The position numbers were made by a program, and so were the translations under genes. Below the pieces are notes generated by a model. The model had not been told where the DNA came from and did not search any database. It saw only the letters and a list, made by a program, of their open reading frames with translations. A stretch of 32,000 nucleotides of DNA from Nitratidesulfovibrio vulgaris str. Hildenborough (GTDB lineage Bacteria; Desulfobacterota; Desulfovibrionia; Desulfovibrionales; Desulfovibrionaceae), in assembly GCF_000195755.1 (NCBI RefSeq), contig NC_002937.3, forward strand, positions 990,001-1,022,000. Reading direction: 5' to 3'. This document shows, one piece after another, positions 8,962 through 17,403 of the stretch; positions within the stretch are counted from its first letter, which is position 1, and each line of letters opens with the position of its first letter.

Positions 8962-11887
8962 GGCCTTCGCCGTTACCACCGTTGCCGCCCTCATCGTCGC
9001 GTTTCATGCGTCGGTGAGGAGCACCGGCAGGGCCTTCGCCCTTACGGTGGGGTCTGGGCTGATGCTGCGAGAAGCGAGGCCCGCCGTGCCTGTCGCCGCC
9101 GAAGCCCTCTTTACGGAACGGGGGCTTGCGGTCACCGAAGCCACCCTTGCCACCGTCCCGGTCGCGCTGGGGACCGTTGCCCCCCTCGTCGCGGGGCTTG
9201 CGCCCGAAGCCGGAACCAAGCGGGTCATGCCTGAACGGGGGCTTGCGCACACCTTCGGCATCACCCTCGCGCCTGAAGGCGGGCTTGCGGTCCCTGAACC
9301 CACCTTCGCCGCCGCGGTCACGGTCGTCACGGCCTTCACGGCGGAAGCCGCCCTGCGGCCTGTCGCCGAATTCGCGGGGCTTGCGTCCGAAGTCGTCACC
9401 GTCCCTGCGGAAGGCGGGCTTGCGGTCGAAACCTTCGCCGCCCTCGCGCCTGAAGGCGGGCTTGCGGTCCCTGAACCCACCTTCGCCGCCGCGGTCACGG
9501 TCGTCACGGCCCTCACGGCGGAAGCCGCCTTGCGGCCTGTCGCCGAATTCGCGGGGCTTGCGTCCGAAGTCGTCACCGTCCCTGCGGAAGGCGGGCTTAC
9601 GGTCGAAACCTTCGCCGCCCTCGCGCCTGAAGGCGGGCTTGCGGTCCCTGAACCCACCCTCACCGCCACGGTCACGGTCGTCACGGCCTTCACGGCGGAA
9701 GCCGCCCTGCGGCCTGTCGCCGAATTCGCGGGGCTTGCGTCCGAAGTCGTCACCGTCCCTGCGGAAGGCGGGCTTACGGTCGAAACCTTCGCCACCCTCA
9801 CGCCTGAAGGCGGGCTTGCGGTCCCTGAACCCACCCTCGCCGCCGCGGTCCTCACGGCGGAAGCCGCCCTGCGGCCTGTCGCCGAATTCGCGGGGCTTGC
9901 GCCCGAAGTCGTCACCGTCCCTGCGGAAGGCGGGCTTACGGTCGAAACCTTCGCCGCCCTCGCGCCTGAAGGCGGGCTTGCGGTCCCTGAACCCACCTTC
10001 GCCGCCGCGGTCACGGTCGTCACGACCCTCACGGCGGAAACCGCCCTGCGGCCTGTCGCCGAATTCGCGGGGCTTGCGTCCGAAGTCGTCACCGTCCCTG
10101 CGGAAGGCAGGCTTGCGGTCGAAACCTTCGCCACCCTCACGCCTGAAGGCGGGCTTGCGGTCCCTGAACTCACCCTCGCCTCCGCGGTCACGGTCGTCAC
10201 GGCCCTCACGGCGGAAGCCGCCCTGCGGCCTGTCGCCGAATTCGCGGGGCTTGCGTCCGAAGTCGTCACCGTCCCTGCGGAAGGCGGGCTTACGGTCGAA
10301 CCCTTCGCCACCCTCGCGCCTGAAGGCGGGCTTGCGGTCCCTGAACCCACCCTCGCCGCCGCGGTCACGGTCGTCACGGCCCTCACGGCGGAAGCCGCCC
10401 TGCGGCCTGTCGCCGAATTCGCGGGGCTTGCGTCCGAAGTCGTCACCGTCCCTGCGGAAGGCGGGCTTACGGTCGAACCCTTCGCCACCCTCGCGCCTGA
10501 AGGCGGGCTTGCGGTCCCTGAACCCACCCTCACCGCCACGGTCACGGTCGTCACGGCCTTCACGGCGGAAGCCGCCCTGCGGCCTGTCGCCGAAGCTCCT
10601 GCGTTCGCCGCCTCCGCGCCGGTCGGAGCGTCCTTCGTCGTTGCGGGCGAAGTTCTTGGGAGTTCTCGAAAAGCCGACGCGCTCGCCGTCTGCGAAGGCC
10701 TCGTCATCAGAGCCCTCGGCGTTCGCCGCGTTCGGGGCAAGTCCCTGAACGACACCTTCGTCATCGACCCAACCCGCGAAAAGTCCGCCGGACTTGCCAT
10801 CGGTGCGCGGTTCTTCAGGCCATGCGGCCTTGACCAGCGCGCCGGAGATGAGCGGGCGCGCATCGTACAGCAGGGTCAGGCCTTCTGCGCTGCAACCGTA
10901 GCGTACGGGCTCGCGGCGTCCCGGAATGGGGAAGACGGCAGAGATGACACGCACCATGTCTCCTGCGGGCGGGGTGGTGGCGTGACTCAGGAACACGAAG
11001 CTGAGGCTCGCGGTGTCGCGTTCGAAGCCCGCTTCACGAGAAATGTCAGTGAGCCACTGCGGCGCGTCGTGCACGCTGAAGGTGAAGTGACACCAGCTCG
11101 ACCTTTTGGCGGCGAGCATGGGGCATTCATCATGATGCGGGCAGGGCGCTTCGGGCGCGAGTCCGTTCTCGATGGCTGCCTGACGGAGCATGGTCACCAG
11201 CTTGCCGCCAAGGCGGGACCCCGGTTCGACGAACAGAGCCTTGCCGCCGGGGGCGAGACTGTCGCGGAGTGCCTCGGCCACTTCGAAGAGCCTGTCTTCG
11301 AGCAGCTGGTCGGCGCGGGGTTGCAGTTCGTTAAGGACGTTGCCGCCCATGACGAGGATGTTCTTGCCATAGTTCTCGCGCAGGGCGTTCTCGACGGTGC
11401 CCCGCAGCGTGTGCAGCGTCCAAGGGCATTCTTCGCCCGCAATCTTGCGGAACAGGGCGCGTCCGACATCAAGCACGTGGGGCGAGATGTCGCCGCAGGT
11501 GAGCGTCAACGCGACAGTGCGCAATTCGGGGCGCGCAATCCACAGGGCGATGGGCAGGGTGAAGGGGCCGCTGCCCACGTCCAGCACATGCCCCCCGGCG
11601 CATTGTTCGGGGGTGGGCAGGTCGAGCGAGGGTAGCAGGCGGCCCAGCCGGAACACGTTCCAAGGCAGGAAGTGCCGAACATAGGCCGAGAAGAGGCGGG
11701 GCGAGGCCCAGTACGATTCCGAGAGATTGCCGCGCTCGGAGGTGAGCGAAGCCGAAAGTTCCTGTATGGCGTTGGGCAGGTCGCGGCGATGCGCGCTGCG
11801 CAGCGGCATGACGGCGTCGATGGCTTCGGGCAGGGCGTCCATCACCTTGCGAAGCTCGGCATCGAGCGGTTTGAAGAGTCTGTTCAT
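8948..11887 (-). CDS. Rsm22/METTL17-like SAM-dependent methyltransferase fused to a long Arg/Gly/Asp/Phe-rich tandem-repeat tail
   Basis: The N-terminal ~430 aa carry the SAM-binding loop VLDVGSGPF and the Rsm22-type CPHHDECP...WCHF motif. The C-terminal ~520 aa are repeats. ATG 11887 is preceded by GGAG with a 5-nt spacer. The track ORF extends upstream to 11986. Confidence 0.8.
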   Translation of the reverse strand: MNRLFKPLDAELRKVMDALPEAIDAVMPLRSAHRRDLPNAIQELSASLTSERGNLSESYWASPRLFSAYVRHFLPWNVFRLGRLLPSLDLPTPEQCAGGHVLDVGSGPFTLPIALWIARPELRTVALTLTCGDISPHVLDVGRALFRKIAGEECPWTLHTLRGTVENALRENYGKNILVMGGNVLNELQPRADQLLEDRLFEVAEALRDSLAPGGKALFVEPGSRLGGKLVTMLRQAAIENGLAPEAPCPHHDECPMLAAKRSSWCHFTFSVHDAPQWLTDISREAGFERDTASLSFVFLSHATTPPAGDMVRVISAVFPIPGRREPVRYGCSAEGLTLLYDARPLISGALVKAAWPEEPRTDGKSGGLFAGWVDDEGVVQGLAPNAANAEGSDDEAFADGERVGFSRTPKNFARNDEGRSDRRGGGERRSFGDRPQGGFRREGRDDRDRGGEGGFRDRKPAFRREGGEGFDRKPAFRRDGDDFGRKPREFGDRPQGGFRREGRDDRDRGGEGGFRDRKPAFRREGGEGFDRKPAFRRDGDDFGRKPREFGDRPQGGFRREGRDDRDRGGEGEFRDRKPAFRREGGEGFDRKPAFRRDGDDFGRKPREFGDRPQGGFRREGRDDRDRGGEGGFRDRKPAFRREGGEGFDRKPAFRRDGDDFGRKPREFGDRPQGGFRREDRGGEGGFRDRKPAFRREGGEGFDRKPAFRRDGDDFGRKPREFGDRPQGGFRREGRDDRDRGGEGGFRDRKPAFRREGGEGFDRKPAFRRDGDDFGRKPREFGDRPQGGFRREGRDDRDRGGEGGFRDRKPAFRREGGEGFDRKPAFRRDGDDFGRKPREFGDRPQGGFRREGRDDRDRGGEGGFRDRKPAFRREGDAEGVRKPPFRHDPLGSGFGRKPRDEGGNGPQRDRDGGKGGFGDRKPPFRKEGFGGDRHGGPRFSQHQPRPHRKGEGPAGAPHRRMKRDDEGGNGGNGEGHADD
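9240..10595 (-). repeat. In-frame tandem repeat, 177-bp unit (59 aa), about 7.6 copies, one copy with a 15-bp deletion
   Basis: GCCTGAAGGCGGGCTTGCGG recurs at 9271, 9448, 9625, 9802, 9964, 10141, 10318 and 10495. The spacing is 177 nt, with one 162-nt interval. Copies 9271-9447 and 9448-9624 differ at 3 of 177 positions by hand alignment. Confidence 0.95.
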
Positions 11888-11898
11888 GGAAACTCCGT

Positions 11899-13530
11899 TC
11901 AGAAGTGGAAATGCATGTGCCGCAGGAAAGCGGCGGAAAAGTCGGGCGCAGCCGTCAGGTCGACGACAGTGCAGCCTTCGCGCCATGTGTTCAGGGTGTC
12001 GCGCAACGGGGGCGAGGTGAGCAGAAGTTCGGCCCCCCTGAGGGATGTGTTGCCCACCGCGCGCGTCCTTCCACCCGAACCGGGCGGGATGAAGCCGAGA
12101 CCTTCGAGGTCGGCGGGCAGCGCGTGCTGTCCCAATGCCCCTGCGAGGTGGATGCCCGAAAGGGCGTGTGAAGGCATCTGGGCCGTGGCGAGCAGGCGTT
12201 CGAATGCCAGCGAGAAGGCCGCCTTCACTTTGAGTATCTCTTCGATGTCTCTCGCAGCGAGGTAGAGGCCTCGCGCGAGTGGTAGACAGGGTTCGCCCCG
12301 GTGGCTGACGATGGAACGGGCCATACGTGCCGCCAGTGGGGAGGAGGGAGATTGGATGAAACGCCCGTCCACGTCAAGCAGTCCGGCACGCAGAAGGGCG
12401 TGTACGAGAGAAATATATCCCGTTCCGCTGATGCCGTCGGCCTCGCCGCCGTCAAGGACGTAGGGGACGAGCCCGCCGGGAGTGAGGGTGAAGGAGGTTA
12501 TGGCCCCCCTCTGCGCCACGGTGCCGAACGTGAGGCCGATGCCTTCAAGCGCGGGGCCGAGGGCTACGCTGGTGACAAGGGTGCGCTCAGGGGACAGCGC
12601 CAGCACGAACTCCCCGTTGGTGCCAAGGTCGGCCAGCACGAAGGGGAAGGCGGGGGCATGGTCGGTGAGCACTGCAAGGTAGCCCGCCGAAAGGTCGCCT
12701 CCTACGAACGGGGCGGGCAGGGGAGGAATCCATGCGGGCGGCAGCCCCGGCAAAGCCAGGGCGGTCCCCCCTCGCATCTCGAGACGGTAGGGCGCGGAAG
12801 CCAGCCCTTCGACGCTTTCATCGGCGAGGATGGCTGTCATGGCCGTGTTGCCCGCCACGCAGAGTTCCTCGACCCGGCTTTCGTATCCACAGGCGGTGGT
12901 TGGCTCGTCTCCTGAACCTGCCGGCGGCACAGCGTCGGCGGTTGCTGGCGTACCCTCCACATCGGCGACGATGCGTCGCAACGCCTGCAGCACCAACTCG
13001 CGCAGCCTGCCGCGTCCCTTGTCCGAACGTGCCATCGCTATGCGCGACATGACGTCGCTTCCCGCCCCCATTTGCGGGTTGGTTTCACTGCCCTGTGCGG
13101 CGACCGTGCCGTCGGGGGCAAGCAGACTCCATTGCAGTGAGGTCGTACCTAGGTCGACGGCGAGGCGGAACGGCCCGGGGTGTTTCGGGCGTGATGCATG
13201 CCGGTGAGGCATGACCGGGAGAGGCACATGCACCACCATGCCGTGGGCAGGCGCATGGCGACAGGCAAGCCGCCAGCCTGCGGAGATGTCTTCGGCGGAG
13301 AAGAACTCTCGGTCGTCTTCATGCGGTGCAGGTGCGGCTTCAGTGATGCGTACCCGGCAGCGACCGCAGCGTGCCAGCCCGGAGCATAGCGGGGGCGAGG
13401 CAAGTCCTGCATCCACCCATATCAGCCGGGCGAGAGTCGACGTCTCGCCGAGGGTCTGTCTGATGGAACGGTCGGTTGCATCGATGATGGTGCAAGATGT
13501 CACTGGCGTTGTCTCCGGATGGGGCTGCAT
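11899..13530 (-). CDS. DUF4445 / ASKHA-domain protein with N-terminal 2Fe-2S ferredoxin-like domain (RACo-like reductive activase family)
   Basis: Ferredoxin-like Cys pattern CSGLARCGRCRV...LACR. ASKHA phosphate-binding motifs AVDLGTTS and LADLGTNGE. The stop lies 11 nt upstream of the methyltransferase ATG. Confidence 0.75.
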   Translation of the reverse strand: MQPHPETTPVTSCTIIDATDRSIRQTLGETSTLARLIWVDAGLASPPLCSGLARCGRCRVRITEAAPAPHEDDREFFSAEDISAGWRLACRHAPAHGMVVHVPLPVMPHRHASRPKHPGPFRLAVDLGTTSLQWSLLAPDGTVAAQGSETNPQMGAGSDVMSRIAMARSDKGRGRLRELVLQALRRIVADVEGTPATADAVPPAGSGDEPTTACGYESRVEELCVAGNTAMTAILADESVEGLASAPYRLEMRGGTALALPGLPPAWIPPLPAPFVGGDLSAGYLAVLTDHAPAFPFVLADLGTNGEFVLALSPERTLVTSVALGPALEGIGLTFGTVAQRGAITSFTLTPGGLVPYVLDGGEADGISGTGYISLVHALLRAGLLDVDGRFIQSPSSPLAARMARSIVSHRGEPCLPLARGLYLAARDIEEILKVKAAFSLAFERLLATAQMPSHALSGIHLAGALGQHALPADLEGLGFIPPGSGGRTRAVGNTSLRGAELLLTSPPLRDTLNTWREGCTVVDLTAAPDFSAAFLRHMHFHF

Positions 13531-13644
13531 GAAGCGTAGATGCCTGTGGCGGCGTGCAGCTGAAGTGAATCATTGCCTAACATATGCCGATGATGTACCT
13601 TTCTGATATATGTACTAGTATATCCGCATAACGGGAATAGCGAC

Positions 13645-14091
13645 ATGCTCGGTTTTGGAATCTTCATCGGTTTCGTTCTGCTCATGGGCGGGTTGATGTA
13701 CACGCAGGCCCGCAGCGGACGGCGTGAGACTCTCCTGCAAGCCATGCGCGAACAGAAGCGTGTCGCTATGCTTGAATTGCGTACGGTGCAGGACAGCGTC
13801 GTGCAACTCAAGCAACTCGAACTGCAACTGCGTCGTCGTGTCGATGCCATCGAAGAAGAGCAGGACAGGTTGCAACGCATGGCCGAGGCCCGTTTGGGCG
13901 TATCACACGAAACACTCGTGGATGCATTGCTGGCCGATGGCGTGCTGAGCACCGATTCGCTGGCACGCCTCCGCGCCTATGCTTCCCAGACCGCTTCCGG
14001 GCAGGCATTGCCCGATATCGCCGTCATGCTTGGCCTGCTCACCCCGGAAGCCCTCTCCGCAGCGCGCCGCAAGTACCCCGGGCTCGAATAG
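13645..14091 (+). CDS. Hypothetical membrane-anchored coiled-coil protein
   Basis: N-terminal TM helix (GFGIFIGFVLLMGGLMY), then a heptad-like segment (LELRTVQDSVVQLKQLELQLRRRVDAIEEEQDRLQRM). I recognise no family. Confidence 0.55.
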   Translation: MLGFGIFIGFVLLMGGLMYTQARSGRRETLLQAMREQKRVAMLELRTVQDSVVQLKQLELQLRRRVDAIEEEQDRLQRMAEARLGVSHETLVDALLADGVLSTDSLARLRAYASQTASGQALPDIAVMLGLLTPEALSAARRKYPGLE

Positions 14092-14100
14092 CCAGTACAC

Positions 14101-14116
14101 TGGCCCCTATCTTGCA
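14101..14116 (+). promoter_or_regulatory. Sigma54-type -24/-12 promoter element upstream of fliM
   Basis: TGGCCCCTATCTTGCA matches TGGCAC-N5-TTGCW, with GG and GC at the canonical spacing. It lies 111 nt upstream of the fliM ATG. Confidence 0.5.
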
Positions 14117-14226
14117 ACGTAAAAGAGGGCGGCAGGATGCGCCCTTTCCTTGACCCGGAAGATGGCTGGCCCTATTCTACGTTCGTCGCATTGCGATTAT
14201 ACATGTCTTGGAGCTGACGTACCACC

Positions 14227-15207
14227 ATGAACAAGATTCTGGCACAGGACGAGGTAGACGCCCTTCTGCGCGGTCTCTCCGGCGGAGAGATCGAGAGCGA
14301 GACGGACATACAGCATGATGACTCGGGCATCGTGCCCTTCGACCTTGCGAATCAGGATCGTATCATCCGTGGACGGATGCCCGTCCTCGAGATCGTCAAC
14401 GACAGGTTCGCCCGGCTGTGCACCAATGCGCTCAGCAACGCGGTCCGCAAGCGTGTGGAACTGAATCCCATCTCCATCGACATGACCAAGTTCGGCGACT
14501 TCATGCGGTCGCTGCCCGTGCCCACCAGCATCAACATCTTCAAGATGGAACCGTTGCGCGGCAACGCCATCATCGTCGTCGACTCCCGGCTGGTGTTCGC
14601 ACTGGTCGAGAACTTCTTCGGCGGGTCCGGTAGCCAGCCCAAGATAGAGGGTCGCGAGTTCACGCGCATCGAGCAGGCCATCGTGGACAGGGTGATTCAT
14701 ATCGCCCTCGACAACATGGAAGAGTCGTGGCGCCCCGTGCATGACGTGCACCTTGAACTGGTGCGTTCCGAGATCAACCCGCAATTCGCCGCCATCGTGC
14801 CGCCCAGTGACGTGGTGGTGGTCATCACCTTCGAGGTGGAACTCGACAGCGCCATCGGGTCCATGGTCATCTGCCTGCCCTATGCCACCATCGAGCCCAT
14901 CCGTTCCAAGCTTCACGCCAGTTTCCAGACCGAACGCCTCGAAGTCGACCATGCATGGGTCGCCCGTCTGAAGGAACGCCTCATGGAGACGCCGGTGGAA
15001 CTCAAGGTGCGCTTCGGCGAGACCAAGATCACAGGCAACCAGTTGCTGCGGCTTCAGGTGGGTGATGTGCTGCTGCTCGATACCGACACCGACGACATGC
15101 TCGAGGTGACCATCGCGGGCGTCACCAAATTCTGGGGGCTTGGCGGCACGGTCAAGGCCAACAAGGCGTTCCAGATCGTCAAGGAAGAGGAACCCCGCTA
15201 CACGTGA
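14227..15207 (+). CDS. fliM: Flagellar motor switch protein FliM
   Basis: N-terminal LAQDEVDALL (CheY-P binding-type motif), a conserved middle domain and a C-terminal SpoA-like segment (LLRLQVGDVLLLD). Confidence 0.9.
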   Translation: MNKILAQDEVDALLRGLSGGEIESETDIQHDDSGIVPFDLANQDRIIRGRMPVLEIVNDRFARLCTNALSNAVRKRVELNPISIDMTKFGDFMRSLPVPTSINIFKMEPLRGNAIIVVDSRLVFALVENFFGGSGSQPKIEGREFTRIEQAIVDRVIHIALDNMEESWRPVHDVHLELVRSEINPQFAAIVPPSDVVVVITFEVELDSAIGSMVICLPYATIEPIRSKLHASFQTERLEVDHAWVARLKERLMETPVELKVRFGETKITGNQLLRLQVGDVLLLDTDTDDMLEVTIAGVTKFWGLGGTVKANKAFQIVKEEEPRYT

Positions 15208-15409
15208 TGCCGTGCGCAAAGGGGAGGCCTGCCCCCCGTCATGGGAATACCGGGCGGGACGAAAGGGCTTGCGCCGTCTTCGGAGCGCGACAGTGAGGCC
15301 TTGGCGACGCAGTCCCCCGACCATGGAACGTGGGTGCATATCCCCGATGCCTGATGGTGTCGGCAGTCAGTGACGGCAGTGGAGATCTTCTTTCCACGAC
15401 GCCTTCTTC

Positions 15410-15430
15410 AAAGCCCGTAAGGGCTTTTTT
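15410..15430 (+). terminator. Intrinsic terminator about 200 nt downstream of fliM
   Basis: AAAGCCC-GTAA-GGGCTTT hairpin followed by TTT; together with the stem this makes a run of six T. Confidence 0.6.
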
Positions 15431-15806
15431 CGCGTCCTGTGCCATGCGGCATGAACATGTTTCCATCTGGTTCCTGATGGGAAGCGAGCCTGGTCTTGAG
15501 TGCTGTTGGTTAGCCTTTAGGCCGGTGCTGGGCCGTTTCAATCCCATTCCTGCACCTGACGTACCGAAGGGCATCGTGCCGCCCCTCCTGTCGGACGGGC
15601 CGTGAACGCCAATGGGCACTCGGCGTGTCTGACGGGTGGACCACAGCTGCCTGCCAGCGGTATGGCCACATCCCGTGTAGGGCGGAGGTCTTCGCCCCCG
15701 AGGCTCGTGCAGGGGAGAAGGGGTGCGCAGAGGAGGCATGGGACGGCGATGCATCGTCCCTCGCAGATGGGGCCAGCGGGAAGAGGGGGGCGCGAAAAGG
15801 GTGACG

Positions 15807-16700
15807 TCAGCGGGCGTAGGGGTAGTCGCAAGGTGGATAATAGACTTCCGAAAGTGTGAGCCCACAGGCTGGCGCGGTGGCAGGGGCCCGCGAACGGTCG
15901 AGGGTCGCCATGATGCCCGGCACGTCATCGGCGGCGAGGGCACCGCGTCCTACAGCCACCAGCAGACCCATCATGTTGCGCACCATCTGCTTGAGGAACC
16001 CGTCCCCCTCGAAGGACCACACAAGCTCAAGCCCGATGCCCGCCAGCGGATGTCCAGCCGTTGCGGGAGGCTGGTCAGGGTGCGTGCCCGTGCATCGCCA
16101 TGAGGTGTATGGTTCGCTACACGTGAGCAGGGCCCCGGCTGGCAATGTCCCTGAGGGGCAGCGCCTGATGGCATGGACGGTTCGCACCGTCGAGGTGACG
16201 TCGGTCCCCTGATTCTGGAAGGCTGCGAAGTCGTGCGTGCCCGCAAGGTGGCGCGCCGCCCTGTCCATGGCATAGACGTCGAGGGGGCCGGTGGCCCACA
16301 CCTGACCGTGAAGCTTGGGGGGGATGAACCGGCGCGTCAGCCACAGCCTGTAGGTATAGCGTTTGCCAAGGGCATCGAAGCGGGCATGGAAGTCGTCGGC
16401 TGCGCGGCGCACATCGAGGATGCAGATGTCGTCAGGCAACTGGGCGTTGATGGCCTTCTGCCAGTCGACACCAAGCTTGTGGTCGGGGATGTCCACGTGC
16501 GCCACCTGCCCGTCGGCATGGACTCCCGCGTCGGTACGTCCTGCGGCATGGAGTCGGACCTGTTCACCTGCCATGCGCGAGACGATGGGTTCGAGCACTC
16601 CCTGAACGGTGCGGGGGCGCGGGCGTGTGGCATGTTCCTGAACTTGCCAGCCATGCAGGTCTGTGCCCTTGTAGGCGATGGTCAGTCTGAGGCGGGCCAT
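15807..16700 (-). CDS. truA: tRNA pseudouridine(38-40) synthase TruA
   Basis: [21 protein letters not shown] and [11 protein letters not shown] (catalytic Asp motif). ATG 16700 lies 1 nt after the upstream gene's stop. Track start 16709 is a TTG. Confidence 0.9.
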   Translation of the reverse strand: MARLRLTIAYKGTDLHGWQVQEHATRPRPRTVQGVLEPIVSRMAGEQVRLHAAGRTDAGVHADGQVAHVDIPDHKLGVDWQKAINAQLPDDICILDVRRAADDFHARFDALGKRYTYRLWLTRRFIPPKLHGQVWATGPLDVYAMDRAARHLAGTHDFAAFQNQGTDVTSTVRTVHAIRRCPSGTLPAGALLTCSEPYTSWRCTGTHPDQPPATAGHPLAGIGLELVWSFEGDGFLKQMVRNMMGLLVAVGRGALAADDVPGIMATLDRSRAPATAPACGLTLSEVYYPPCDYPYAR

Positions 16701-16701
16701 G

Positions 16702-17403
16702 CTATTCAAGCGGCAGTTGCATCCGGGTGAGGGCTTCGGAGAGACGGGCGGCTTTCTTGGCGTCCACGAACGTGAGAATCTCTCCCGCCTGTCTGCCTCG
16801 CATGCCCGCCAGTATCTTGACGGCGATGCGCTCGTCGAGCGTTTCGAGCACCGCAGCGGCCTGTTTGGCCTTCATGTTCGTGTACACATCGACAAGATGC
16901 CGGAACTTCTCATCCTTCATGCCTTGCGCTTCCTTGATCATGGCTTGCAGCTTCGATTCGAGCGATTGCAATTCCTCAAGGCGCGTGTCGACCTGATGTT
17001 GCAACTGGCGCAGTTCCTGCTCGCGGCGTGAAAGGTCTTCCTGCTTGCGCTGGAGCGTTTCGCGGTTCATGAGGTCGCCGGCGGGCGTCGGGATTTCGGG
17101 TTGCGTCGTTTGCGGAGGTGTCGCCTCGGCTGCCATGGCTACGCCCATGCCGGGCGCGGAAGCCTTTCCACGCGCAGCCGGTGCGTCGGCGGGTGGTGTC
17201 TGCGGGGCAGGTATCTCCTGGGCCTTATGGGGTGCCGTGAGCGATGCCACCGAGGTGAGAGCCTCTCCGAGAAGGGGCCGCAACATTTCCGGCAGGTCAA
17301 GGGCGAGACCGAGCAGCAGCGACAGCTTGATGGCTGCCACGAACACCAGCCAGCGGCAAAGCCTAGAAAGACGGAGCCCTGAACCGGAGGGTTGCCGTTT
17401 CAT
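16702..17403 (-). CDS. MotE/YlxF-like flagellar protein (MgtE_N-type C-terminal domain)
   Basis: N-terminal membrane anchor ([21 protein letters not shown]), a Pro/Ala linker and a coiled coil. The C-terminus is [41 protein letters not shown]. Its position after fliJ mirrors fliJ-ylxF in Bacillus. The start is uncertain (ATG 17403 or 17442). Confidence 0.6.
   Translation of the reverse strand: MKRQPSGSGLRLSRLCRWLVFVAAIKLSLLLGLALDLPEMLRPLLGEALTSVASLTAPHKAQEIPAPQTPPADAPAARGKASAPGMGVAMAAEATPPQTTQPEIPTPAGDLMNRETLQRKQEDLSRREQELRQLQHQVDTRLEELQSLESKLQAMIKEAQGMKDEKFRHLVDVYTNMKAKQAAAVLETLDERIAVKILAGMRGRQAGEILTFVDAKKAARLSEALTRMQLPLE

Noticed and set aside
9240-10595. Possible CRISPR array, because of regular repeats
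   Set aside because: The units are contiguous with no unique spacers. The period is 177 bp, a multiple of 3, and lies inside an open reading frame. No cas genes are present.
8960-11635. 891-aa plus-strand ORF, and also 9004..10863 (minus) and 9126..10748 (plus), over the repeat region
   Set aside because: These are alternate frames of the 177-bp repeat, which happens to lack stops in several frames. Their products are monotonous Ala/Thr/Val or Ser/Pro/Arg strings. Only the minus-strand frame continues into a bona fide methyltransferase domain with an SD-preceded start.
12301-13207. Several plus-strand ORFs (12301..12915, 12732..13052, 12830..13207)
   Set aside because: They are antisense to the DUF4445 gene. 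Their products are low-complexity Arg/Gly/Ala strings.
13586-13593. GCCGATGA as a full sigma28 promoter
   Set aside because: The -10 matches at 7 of 8 positions, but no TAAA-like -35 lies about 15 nt upstream. It is kept only as a remark in a low-interest finding.
14126-14150. Hairpin AGGGCG-N8-CGCCCT plus TTCCTT as a terminator of the 13645..14091 gene
   Set aside because: The stem is short (6 bp) and the T-tract is poor. It lies downstream of the predicted sigma54 -12 element, so it would be inside the fliM leader.
14197-15339. 380-aa minus-strand ORF
   Set aside because: It is antisense to fliM. Its product is Gly/Asp/His/Val-rich with no known motif.
15481-15560. tRNA-like or SRP-RNA-like strings (CTGTTGGTTAG, TTCAATCC)
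   Set aside because: I could not fold a cloverleaf because the T-stem and acceptor stems do not pair. The conserved SRP domain IV sequence is absent.
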